Assembly (NCBI GenBank): GCA_021814165.1
Contig: JAKAIX010000001.1
Location: forward strand, 1 to 48,598
Source of the DNA: a bacterium
Lineage (GTDB): Bacteria > Patescibacteriota > Minisyncoccia > UBA6257 > GWB1-50-10
DNA length: 48,598 nt
Reading direction: 5' to 3'
Position numbers and translations under genes: made by a program. Shown here piece after piece: positions 35,431 through 43,827 of this stretch (the stretch's first letter is position 1; each line of letters starts with the position of its first letter). The notes beneath the pieces were generated by a model. It saw nothing but the letters and a program-made list of their open reading frames with translations, had not been told where the DNA came from and ran no database searches.

Positions 35431-36981
35431 TCAAACGAACCCTGGGAAAAAATCGGTTTTGATATTATTCTGGGGGATACCCGTGTCTTGGAGCATTGTT
35501 TCGTTTGCGACGACGAATGCCCGGGGGCCTGAAATGTAAAACAAACATCTTTTGTAATCGGGCACCTCTTGCATGATCATCGCGGGAGAAATTCGTCCCT
35601 GGCTTCCATCCCAACCAGAAGGAATTTGCTTTATGTCCGTAAGCGTATACACGACCCGTATGCCGAGTTTCTCTTTCGCTTCATCGAGAATTTCTCGATA
35701 GGCGATTTCATCAACGTTCTTATTCGAGTAAAAAATAGTTACCCTCCTTAACTCGTTCTTGTCGACGAGATACTTTATCATGCTCCGGAACGGCGTGATG
35801 CCGATGCCGCCTGCGAGAAAAACCAACTTTTTATTCTTGTTTCGCGGAAGCGTGAAGTCGCCGGCCAGTTGAGAGGCAACAATGCGATTTCTCCCGTTCA
35901 TCGCGAGAAGCGATTTTTTGAAACTGCTGGCTTCTGGATAGAATTTTACGCCGATCAAAAGTTCTCGCTCCGTAGGTGAGGAGGCGATGGTAAAGTAGCG
36001 GCGATTTCCGCGACTGTCGGGATGCACGTGCTCCAGGGTCCACTCCATGTATTGTCCGGGCCGGAATTTGATTCTTTCTTTCGGAGAAAAAGAAAAATCA
36101 TACGTATCGGAGGCGATCTTTGTTTTTTTCTTCACGTTGAGCACCAGTTTTTTCTTGGGGCTCACGAGGTAGGAAAACACGTTTCCCGCGAGAAGCGCGA
36201 GTTCCGGGGTCGAATAGATCGAACCGATGTGCACCGCGGGAGCGAATAACAAACCAACGAGCGCGCCATATGCGATTCTCAATGCGCGCGTAGGCGGCGT
36301 AGTGAGCGGTTCAGTAATCATCACGAATGCGAAGAACAAAAGGGGAGAGTCAAGAAACGCCTTAGAGAGATTTGAAAAGAAGCCCGACCCGTTCACTATC
36401 CCGAAAAAAGAGATGGAAACAAGCGCGAATCCAAGGAAGCTTAATGCCAAGTCGGTTCTCACTATCTTCCTTACTATCAGGACGCCTCCCAAAATCACGA
36501 ACGGAAGAAGAATGCGGTTTCCCGCCCACCAACTCGCGGATTGCCCTATGGTAAGCGCGGTAAGCGCGACTCCGAAAGCGGCGGGATTAAAGAGATGTTT
36601 TTTCTTGATGGTGAGAATGTACTTTGCCGCCATTGCCCAGATGCTTGCCCAGATAAAGAGGGGGAACATTTCAAGGGAGGGGAGTTTGATCGGCGTAATA
36701 ATGAGCGTAAGAATAAGCGCCGTGATGTAAACCGATTCCACGTTGGTAGGCGCTTCGAATATGCCTGCAAAAAGCTTGTTGGTAATCCAGCATGCCGCGA
36801 AGATTGTCGCGGCCGATACGGCAATATCGAGCGGTCCGAAGGAAAATGTGCCGGAAAAACTCAGTACGAGTGCGATGAAGAGAAGCAGCGAGAGATAATA
36901 CAGTATGAGACGGTACATTGTCACCCGATTCAGGATGCCGTCGGCAAATTCGAGGAGCTTGTCGGTTATCTTACGAAACAT
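35431..36981 (-). CDS. NqrB/RnfD-like membrane domain fused to an FAD/NAD(P)H-binding ferredoxin-reductase domain
   Basis: Polytopic N-terminus with 'KHLFNPAAFG' and 'MITEPLTTP'; C-terminus with 'FRPGQY', 'RRYFTIASSP', 'AGGIGITPFRSM', 'YISGP'. Confidence 0.85.
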   Translation of the reverse strand: MFRKITDKLLEFADGILNRVTMYRLILYYLSLLLFIALVLSFSGTFSFGPLDIAVSAATIFAACWITNKLFAGIFEAPTNVESVYITALILTLIITPIKLPSLEMFPLFIWASIWAMAAKYILTIKKKHLFNPAAFGVALTALTIGQSASWWAGNRILLPFVILGGVLIVRKIVRTDLALSFLGFALVSISFFGIVNGSGFFSNLSKAFLDSPLLFFAFVMITEPLTTPPTRALRIAYGALVGLLFAPAVHIGSIYSTPELALLAGNVFSYLVSPKKKLVLNVKKKTKIASDTYDFSFSPKERIKFRPGQYMEWTLEHVHPDSRGNRRYFTIASSPTERELLIGVKFYPEASSFKKSLLAMNGRNRIVASQLAGDFTLPRNKNKKLVFLAGGIGITPFRSMIKYLVDKNELRRVTIFYSNKNVDEIAYREILDEAKEKLGIRVVYTLTDIKQIPSGWDGSQGRISPAMIMQEVPDYKRCLFYISGPRAFVVANETMLQDTGIPQNNIKTDFFPGFV

Positions 36982-37714
36982 ATTGTTCGAAACCGGAGGT
37001 CATCGTTGCGAGGCCCGTGGTATCGATCATATATCCTTCGAGTCCCGGCCGACGTTCGATAAAAAGAATCCCTTTTCTCCCCATTGCGAACGCGGCTGTT
37101 GCAAAACGATCCGCCTCGTATATGTCCGGTCCGATGACGGTAATGCTTAAGATTTCTTTCACCGGGGTACCGTGCATATGGGGGTTATAAATGTGTTCGC
37201 CTCTCTCGTATATCCCCGAAGTGGCCGTACCTCCGTTCCCGGGTGTAATTGCTTTTACGATTTTGTCCTTGCTCAAGGGGTTCCGAATGCCGACTTTCCA
37301 ATTTTCTCCCTTGCTATTTTTTCCTCGAACCTGAATATCGCCCCCGGCGTTGACGTAGTAACGCTTGAACCCTTTCTCATCGAGCATCTTTGAAGCGTTC
37401 CAAATAGCCCATCCCTTCACAAGCCCCGAGGGGTTATAGATTCCCTCGGGGGTGGTGATGTCAAAATAACCGTCCGTTTCGATCCTGGTCTGTTCGGAAA
37501 GCGCGAAAACGGTTTTCATGTCCTCGCTTCGTTCGTGTTCCCGCAGTTCGCCTCTGTTGATTTTCGAGAGCTCGCTTGTTGTTTTGAAAGGACTGAATGT
37601 TTCATCCACGTACGTGAAATAGTCGAATACGTCGCGTGCCGCGTCTTCGGCGTCGATGCGATTCTCGAGTTCGATGGTAATAGGCATGCCCATTATAATC
37701 TTGGTCTCTTTCAT
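36971..37714 (-). CDS. apbE: ApbE-family FAD:protein FMN transferase
   Basis: 'MGMP', 'FSPFKTTSELS', 'PSGLVKGWAI', 'VNAGGDI', 'ATSG', 'ADRFATA'. Confidence 0.9.
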   Translation of the reverse strand: MKETKIIMGMPITIELENRIDAEDAARDVFDYFTYVDETFSPFKTTSELSKINRGELREHERSEDMKTVFALSEQTRIETDGYFDITTPEGIYNPSGLVKGWAIWNASKMLDEKGFKRYYVNAGGDIQVRGKNSKGENWKVGIRNPLSKDKIVKAITPGNGGTATSGIYERGEHIYNPHMHGTPVKEILSITVIGPDIYEADRFATAAFAMGRKGILFIERRPGLEGYMIDTTGLATMTSGFEQYVS

Positions 37715-38205
37715 AGTTGGTTTTTTGCCTGGGTGAGCGCCGAAGCGATCGATTCGATGAACCCGTTGCTTGTTTCCGTCGCGCCGGAGACGATGTCTAC
37801 GTTCGCGCTTTGCGCCTGGATCGCCTCCTGTTTCAATTGGGGTATCGATTCGTTGCTGATCATCAAAGATGTTCTCCGGTCCTGCGGATAGTCCAGAAAT
37901 TGGACATCCGTTATCTTTCCGTTTTGGACGATTACCTTCACTTGGACATTTCCGTAATATGCGTCGGCAACCTTCCCGACATATTCGCCATCTTTATAGA
38001 GGCCGGTCGTCGTTGTCGGTTGTTTTGACGCGATCGCGGGAGAAGAAGGATTCCGAGCCGGCTCGGACAGTTGCTGCTGTTTCTTCTTTACCGTTCCCGT
38101 AGTATCCGAAGAAACCGCAATCGTGTACGGTTCGGGTTTCTGCGAAAGAAGCGCATAAAATGCGAAGACAATTATGAGAAAGAATGAAAGAAAAAATTTT
38201 TTCAT
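37711..38205 (-). CDS. Membrane-anchored FMN-binding (flavinylated) protein
   Basis: N-terminal TM, 'YKDGEYVG', 'GNVQVKVIVQNGKITD', flavinylation motif 'DIVSGAT'. Confidence 0.9.
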   Translation of the reverse strand: MKKFFLSFFLIIVFAFYALLSQKPEPYTIAVSSDTTGTVKKKQQQLSEPARNPSSPAIASKQPTTTTGLYKDGEYVGKVADAYYGNVQVKVIVQNGKITDVQFLDYPQDRRTSLMISNESIPQLKQEAIQAQSANVDIVSGATETSNGFIESIASALTQAKNQL

Positions 38206-38335
38206 TGTATGGATCGACGCTCCGATAGTATCCCTATACTACATTCCTGCCCCTGTTTTTATTACAATAACAAGCGAAAAAAGAGAGATTCCTCTTAAGG
38301 AAGGAATAAATATCCTGTGCAGAATGTTGATATAA

Positions 38336-38374
38336 CAATCTATCGAGGCCCGGCCTCGATAGACTTGTGGATAA
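38336..38374. repeat. Dispersed palindrome + DnaA box element, copy 3
   Basis: CAAT-CTATCGAGGCCCGGCCTCGATAG (38340-38362)-ACT-TGTGGATAA (38366-38374). Confidence 0.85.
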
Positions 38375-38454
38375 GTGTTAAAAGGTTGACATTATTCTTC
38401 TTTTTTATTTCACTATAGGTAAGTTAATTTTACAAAATATCAGTGGGGTAACAG

Positions 38455-39405
38455 ATGAAAGATACAATAGCGGGTGAAGTAGTAGCTCAAAAAGCCCTAA
38501 AAATCGTCCAGGAGCCTGCGATTGAGTTGGTAGTTCAGGTAGCAAGAATCCGTCCGTTCAAAGGACAGCCCAGGAAAGACTTTGATGAAGTGGAACTTAA
38601 GGAGATTGCCAATAGCATGTTGGCAGGTGGTCAGCAGGTGCCCGTTAATGTACGTCGAATTGAAGGAGATCCCGATCATGATTATGAGCTCATTGACGGG
38701 GAATCAAGATATTGGGCTTGCATAAACGAGGGCATCCCTACCATTCTTGTGCGGATAAAAGAGGTAAAATCGGACTTCGATCAATTTATTCAGTCCTTGG
38801 CGTCAAATATGTGTCGGCGTTCCCTGAAATCAATCGAGACCGCATTTGCCATTAAGGAGGCAATTGAAGGCTTCATGAGAGAAGAGAAAATGGATCAGAA
38901 GGAAGCGATCCAGAAAGTGAAAGCGATTTGCGGCATTACTTCCGATGCCTGGGTAACACAGCACCTACAGTTACTTGATTTAGAGCCTGAGGTACAAGAG
39001 CTTCTAAGAAAAAAACTGATCTCTTTCCAAATAGGGGTTGCTCTTTCGAGTTATCTCCCGGAATCCCAGATTCAATATGCAAGGTATGTAATAGAAAACA
39101 ACCTGAGCAAAAGCAAAGCGTTGAGTTATATACGAGCGAACAGGTTGAAAAATCTCTCCTCCTCGGGAATAAAACGCGACCCGTATGATGACTATCGCAT
39201 TGCAAAAAGATTCTTCAAAAATTTAAGCAACAATTCAGATATGATGCTCAGTCTTCCAATTGGGAGCTTCAAAAAGATATATATGAAGAGACCACCAGAG
39301 GAGATTGAGAAAGTCATTGAGGCTATTCGGGAAGAAATAATTGCACTTGCTCAATTGAGAGTTGAATTCAAAGATATCCTCAAAGCAAGAACGCAAAGTA
39401 AGTAG
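38455..39405 (+). CDS. Second ParB/Spo0J-like protein (ParB N-terminal domain + HTH-like region)
   Basis: 'GQPRKDFDEVELKEIANSM', 'ELIDGESRYWA' (GxxRxxA), 'N..RRSLKSIETA'; visibly AT-richer than its neighbours. Confidence 0.8.
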   Translation: MKDTIAGEVVAQKALKIVQEPAIELVVQVARIRPFKGQPRKDFDEVELKEIANSMLAGGQQVPVNVRRIEGDPDHDYELIDGESRYWACINEGIPTILVRIKEVKSDFDQFIQSLASNMCRRSLKSIETAFAIKEAIEGFMREEKMDQKEAIQKVKAICGITSDAWVTQHLQLLDLEPEVQELLRKKLISFQIGVALSSYLPESQIQYARYVIENNLSKSKALSYIRANRLKNLSSSGIKRDPYDDYRIAKRFFKNLSNNSDMMLSLPIGSFKKIYMKRPPEEIEKVIEAIREEIIALAQLRVEFKDILKARTQSK

Positions 39406-39420
39406 AATTGAGATTTCCAG

Positions 39421-39450
39421 GAACGCCGGTTAAATAGATCGGCGTTCTTT
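39421..39450 (+). terminator. Intrinsic terminator-like hairpin between the ParB-like and sigma genes
   Basis: GAACGCCG...CGGCGTTC followed by TTT. Confidence 0.6.
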
Positions 39451-39527
39451 ATTGTCTCGGATTGATTGACACAGCTTCCATTTTATTTTATTCTTTTATC
39501 AATAAAAGAACATTTATAAGAGGGATT

Positions 39528-40121
39528 ATGAATACTGCTGAATTGTGGGTGTCATTTGTGGAAAATCCGACGGCTGATTTGAAAAAACAGATTGCACTTT
39601 CATACTTGAATCTTGTGCATTACGTGGTAAAAACAAGCAACTTATACCAGAGTGGTTTGTTTGATCGCCGTGACTTTTTTCAATTTGGTGTCGAGGGTCT
39701 TAGTGAGGCTATCGATCGGTTCAATCCTGACTACGGGACGAAATTCGAGACATACGCGATTCAGAGAATACGGGGGAAGATATTTGATGAATTGCGGAAA
39801 TATAATAAAAAACCGGAGGATGTTTCTCTTGTCTCTTTGAATGAATCTGTAGAAGGTGATACAGATTTGGAAGAGATTATAGGAGATAAAAACGACGGAC
39901 CCGATATTGCTCTGGAAAAGAAACAACAAAAAGAGAAAATACGCGAATTGATCGAAAAGCTTCGTCCGCGGGAGAGAGCAATTCTCACCTTCTATTTCTA
40001 CGAGGATCTGACTTATGAGGAAATAAGTGGATTGTTTAATGATATAACGGTTTCTCGAGTAAGTCAGGTTATCGATAGAGTCATGAGGAAAATGAGAGCA
40101 AATCTTTCTGAGTTTTATTAG
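39528..40121 (+). CDS. Alternative sigma-70 family factor (FliA/WhiG-like regions 2 and 4)
   Basis: Region 2 'GVEGLSEAIDRFNPDYGTKFETYAIQRIRGKIFDELRK'; region 4 'LRPRERAILTFYFYEDLTYEEIS...TVSRVSQ'. GAGGG SD precedes ATG 39528. Confidence 0.85.
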   Translation: MNTAELWVSFVENPTADLKKQIALSYLNLVHYVVKTSNLYQSGLFDRRDFFQFGVEGLSEAIDRFNPDYGTKFETYAIQRIRGKIFDELRKYNKKPEDVSLVSLNESVEGDTDLEEIIGDKNDGPDIALEKKQQKEKIRELIEKLRPRERAILTFYFYEDLTYEEISGLFNDITVSRVSQVIDRVMRKMRANLSEFY

Positions 40122-40122
40122 A

Positions 40123-40147
40123 CGGCATTGATTTTTTTTCAATGCCG
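40123..40147. terminator. Hairpin after the sigma factor gene
   Basis: CGGCATTGA-TTTTTTT-TCAATGCCG. Confidence 0.55.
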
Positions 40148-40191
40148 CCCTTGTTTATAATCCTCGTTGAAAGTTTTGTTTAGTGATATAG

Positions 40192-41436
40192 TTGAAAAAA
40201 ATTGTGAATATAAAACACTTGGCTATAGAAAAATGCCCCGATTGCGGGCCGGTGCCGGTGGTGCACTGGGTGGAGCGATGGTCCATCATCGTGGATTGGT
40301 TTTTCGCGCCGCTCTTCGGTTGCATGGATTGGCTCCTGGGCGTGTTGCGGCCGCTTCTCTGTCTTTTCCCGTGGCAGTATCTCGGGCTGCCGTTTTTCAA
40401 ACTTCTCGTCGCGCTTCGTCTCGGTACGCTCCAGAACAAGGTGGATGATAGGGATAATGCGAGGACGCGCGCCATGTGGGAATCGGCAGAAAAGCGCGGA
40501 ATCGAGGTGAAAGAATTCCGTCTCTTGGGGAGGCAGCAGGCGGGATTCTTCTGGGCGCGATGGAACGGAAAAGTCACCCTGTACGAAGGATTGCCGCGTC
40601 CCCTCGGACTTTTCGATAAATCGCTCGCGTGGATGGATAACAAGAGCTTGATAAAGAAGAAGTTCTCCGCCGCGGGGATTCCCGTAGCGCGCGGAGGAAC
40701 CTGTACGAGATTCTCCCAAGCGGAAGAAATATTTAAGGAAGTAGGCGCTCCGGTAATCGTGAAACCGCACATCGGTTCGCGGAGCAGGCATACCTTCGTA
40801 CATGTAATGTCGCTTCCCGATCTAAAGGCGGCTTTTAAGAGCGCAAAGCAGCTTTCCCCGTGGGTCATTGTCGAGGAAGAGCTTGTGGGGCACGTGTATC
40901 GCGGAACGGTCGTAAACGGTAAGTGTCTCGGGATTGTGAGCCGCGAGCCGGCGCATGTGATAGGGGACGGGAAAAAAACGATCCGCGAACTTGTCGAGGA
41001 AGAAAATAAAAATCCTCTGCGCAAAGGACTGATCTATCACGCAATTCCGACGGATGAGGAGGGGAGACGCGAACTCGCGCGGCAGGGATTCACGTGGGAC
41101 AATGTTCCGAAGAAAGGGGAACGCGTTGCCATTAACCAGAAAGTGACGCGCACGCTTGGCGCCGTAATACGCGACGTGACGGACGAGACGCATCCGGATA
41201 TGATCGCAATTCTCGAAAAGGCGGCAAATGTACTTGGAAGCCCGCTCGTGGGAATCGATTTCATCATTAAGGATATCGGTAAGTCATGGAAGGAGCAGGA
41301 GAAGTGCGGCATCATCGAGTGCAACAGCTTGCCCTTCGTGGACCTTCATCACTATCCCATCTCCGGAACGCCGCGCGACGTCGCGGGCGCGCTGTGGGAA
41401 CTGGTGTTCCCTGGATGCTCGAAAGGAAGGGCTTGA
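40192..41436 (+). CDS. ATP-grasp ligase related to the cyanophycin synthetase / GshF ATP-grasp domain
   Basis: 'NKSLIKKKFSAAGIPVARG', 'VIVKP..GSRSR', 'VEEELVG', 'REPAHVIGDGKKTIRELVEEENKNPLR', 'GIDFII', 'IECNSLP'. Start uncertain. Confidence 0.75.
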   Translation: MKKIVNIKHLAIEKCPDCGPVPVVHWVERWSIIVDWFFAPLFGCMDWLLGVLRPLLCLFPWQYLGLPFFKLLVALRLGTLQNKVDDRDNARTRAMWESAEKRGIEVKEFRLLGRQQAGFFWARWNGKVTLYEGLPRPLGLFDKSLAWMDNKSLIKKKFSAAGIPVARGGTCTRFSQAEEIFKEVGAPVIVKPHIGSRSRHTFVHVMSLPDLKAAFKSAKQLSPWVIVEEELVGHVYRGTVVNGKCLGIVSREPAHVIGDGKKTIRELVEEENKNPLRKGLIYHAIPTDEEGRRELARQGFTWDNVPKKGERVAINQKVTRTLGAVIRDVTDETHPDMIAILEKAANVLGSPLVGIDFIIKDIGKSWKEQEKCGIIECNSLPFVDLHHYPISGTPRDVAGALWELVFPGCSKGRA

Positions 41437-41475
41437 GGATAGATTGGATTTGATTTAACCTCAATTGAGATATAA

Positions 41476-41563
41476 GGAGGGGTCGCATAGTGGTCTAGTG
41501 CACCATCTTGGAAAGGTGGCATACCGCAAGGTATCGAGGGTTCGAATCCCTCCCCCTCCGCCA
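41476..41563 (+). tRNA. tRNA-Ser(GGA)
   Basis: GGAGGGG...CCATC-TT-GGA-AA-GGTGG, long variable arm, GAGGG-TTCGAAT-CCCTC, CCCCTCC-G-CCA. Confidence 0.96.
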
Positions 41564-41624
41564 GATGTCCAAGTTAGAACCGAGGTAAAATAAGGCTATC
41601 TCGGACAAAAGTGTCAGTAAAATT

Positions 41625-42668
41625 ATGAAAACTAAATCGTCAAACAAGAGCTTACACAAAGCAGTTGTTGCTAAAAATGACGAATTTTATACGCAACTTG
41701 CCGATATCGAAAAAGAGCTGAAGCACTATAAAGGTCAGTTTCGCGACAAGGTTGTGTATTGCAACTGCGATGATCCGTTCGAGAGCAATTTTTTCAAATA
41801 TTTTGCTGCCAATTTCAAAATACTCGGGTTGAAAAAGCTCATTGCCACCAGTTACAAACCATCTCCTGTAGCCAACACGCAACTTGGATTGTTTGGTGAT
41901 GATAAGACGTTAAGCACGCCAAAGGGTCGCCCGAAAATAAATGCCAACAAATTCATCATCAACGAGGTTGGTGATATAGATGGTGACGGTGCATTTGACT
42001 TACACGATGTCGCAGAGCAACTCAAAGCCAACAAAAATAACGAGTGGGCACCGTTGGACGGCGAGGGAGATTTTAGAAGTCCAGAGAGTGTAGAGTTACT
42101 CAAACAGGCCGATATAGTGGTGACAAATCCACCATTCTCACTATTCCGTGAATATGTTGCGCAGCTTATGGAGTACCAAAAAAAGTTTTTAATTATTGGC
42201 AACGATAACGCCATTAAATACAAAGGTATTTTTGAGTTCATAAAAGTAAATAAAATCTGGCTTGGTTACGGAAAGGTTAAAGAATTTCGCAAGCCAGATG
42301 GCTCAATCCAAACATTTGGAAATGTTGGCTGGTTTACAAATCTTGATGTTGAAAAAAGGCATCAGAAATTGACTTTGTATAAAAACTATAATCCGAAAGA
42401 ATATCCAAAATACGATAATTTTGAAGCGATTGAAGTTTCGAGGGTCGCAGAAATTCCGAAAGACTATACTGGCAATATGGGTGTTCCAATTACCTTCTTG
42501 GACAAGCACGACCCCGAGCAATTTGAGATTGTTGATATGCTAAATAGATATACCTTGCTTGATACACAAAAGACAAATGAAGATGTGCGAGCAAAACATT
42601 CGCACACTTGTAATGTAAACGGCAAAGCTGTTTACTCAAGAATTGTCATTAAAAATAAAACATTATGA
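41625..42668 (+). CDS. Adenine-specific DNA methyltransferase, M.EcoRI family
   Basis: 'KNDEFYTQL..IEKEL..Y', 'VYCNCDDPFESNF', 'GDFRSPE', catalytic 'VTNPPFSLFREY', 'MGVPITFLDK'. Confidence 0.9.
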   Translation: MKTKSSNKSLHKAVVAKNDEFYTQLADIEKELKHYKGQFRDKVVYCNCDDPFESNFFKYFAANFKILGLKKLIATSYKPSPVANTQLGLFGDDKTLSTPKGRPKINANKFIINEVGDIDGDGAFDLHDVAEQLKANKNNEWAPLDGEGDFRSPESVELLKQADIVVTNPPFSLFREYVAQLMEYQKKFLIIGNDNAIKYKGIFEFIKVNKIWLGYGKVKEFRKPDGSIQTFGNVGWFTNLDVEKRHQKLTLYKNYNPKEYPKYDNFEAIEVSRVAEIPKDYTGNMGVPITFLDKHDPEQFEIVDMLNRYTLLDTQKTNEDVRAKHSHTCNVNGKAVYSRIVIKNKTL

Positions 42669-43792
42669 AAATCGAGCTACAAAAAATCAAAATATGCGAT
42701 GTTGTGAATGGCTACAAAGACAGCGCCGAGGAGGGTGTTGTGGCGTATGGCGGCAAGCTCGACGTTCGTCCAAAATATCAGCGTGAATTTGTCTACAAGC
42801 CCGAGCAGAGAGATGAAGTAATAAAGACCGTCATGCGCGGTTATCCCGACAAAAACGCGTACTTCCCGCTCAATACTATGTACTGGCTAAAGACTGATGA
42901 TGCGCACTATGAAGTCATAGACGGCCAACAGCGAACGATCTCGATTTGCCAGTATGTGAATGGCGACTTTAGCATCAACGAGAAGTATTTCCACAGTCTT
43001 ACAGAAACCGAACGCGAATACATCCGCGATTACCCACTTCAGATATACATCTGTGAAGGGAGTGATAAGGAGCGCCTTGAGTGGTTTGAGATTATTAACA
43101 CGGCGGGTGAAGTGCTGACGAAGCAGGAACTACGTAATGCGAATTATACCGGCCCGTGGCTTTCGGACGCAAAAGTCAAATTCAGTAAAACGGGTTGCGC
43201 GGCATATCATTTGGCGAATGATGGTGGAGCGCTCGTTAGCGGCTCACCGATCCGGCAGGAGTATTTGGAGACGGCACTTAATTGGATTTCAAGACGCGAT
43301 TATGGCGAAGAAAAACCTGCAGAGTATATGTCGCAACACCAGAACAATACCGACGCGACAGAGTTATGGCAGTATTTTCAAGACGTTATCGCGTGGGTGC
43401 GGAAAACCTTCCCGAACCACCGCAAGGAAATGGCGCACGTAAATTGGGGCGAGCTATACAACGAATACAAGGACAAGAAACTGAGCGCCACCAAACTCGA
43501 AGCCGAGGTCAAGAAACTGATGCAAGACGAGGATGTAACAAAAAAGTCCGGCATCTACCCGTATGTTTTGACCGGTAACGAGTGGGAGCTTTCAATCCGC
43601 GCGTTTACAGACAAGATGAAGCGCGAGACATACGAGCGACAAGACGGCATCTGCCCGTTCTGCAAGAAAAAATATGACATTTTAGAAATGGAAGCTGACC
43701 ACATTACTCCGTGGCACGAGGGTGGAAAAACGACCGCGGAAAATTGCCAAATGCTATGCAAACAGGACAATCGGACAAAGTCGGGGAGATAA
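42665..43792 (+). CDS. DUF262 (GmrS-like) domain fused to an HNH endonuclease
   Basis: 'RPKYQREFVY', 'EVIDGQQR', 'WFEIINTAG'; C-terminal 'CPFC...EADHITPWHEGGKT..ENCQMLCKQDN'. ATGA overlap with the MTase. Confidence 0.9.
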   Translation: MKIELQKIKICDVVNGYKDSAEEGVVAYGGKLDVRPKYQREFVYKPEQRDEVIKTVMRGYPDKNAYFPLNTMYWLKTDDAHYEVIDGQQRTISICQYVNGDFSINEKYFHSLTETEREYIRDYPLQIYICEGSDKERLEWFEIINTAGEVLTKQELRNANYTGPWLSDAKVKFSKTGCAAYHLANDGGALVSGSPIRQEYLETALNWISRRDYGEEKPAEYMSQHQNNTDATELWQYFQDVIAWVRKTFPNHRKEMAHVNWGELYNEYKDKKLSATKLEAEVKKLMQDEDVTKKSGIYPYVLTGNEWELSIRAFTDKMKRETYERQDGICPFCKKKYDILEMEADHITPWHEGGKTTAENCQMLCKQDNRTKSGR

Positions 43793-43827
43793 CTCCAAAA
43801 AGAGATATTGAGCTGATTCATAAAGAA

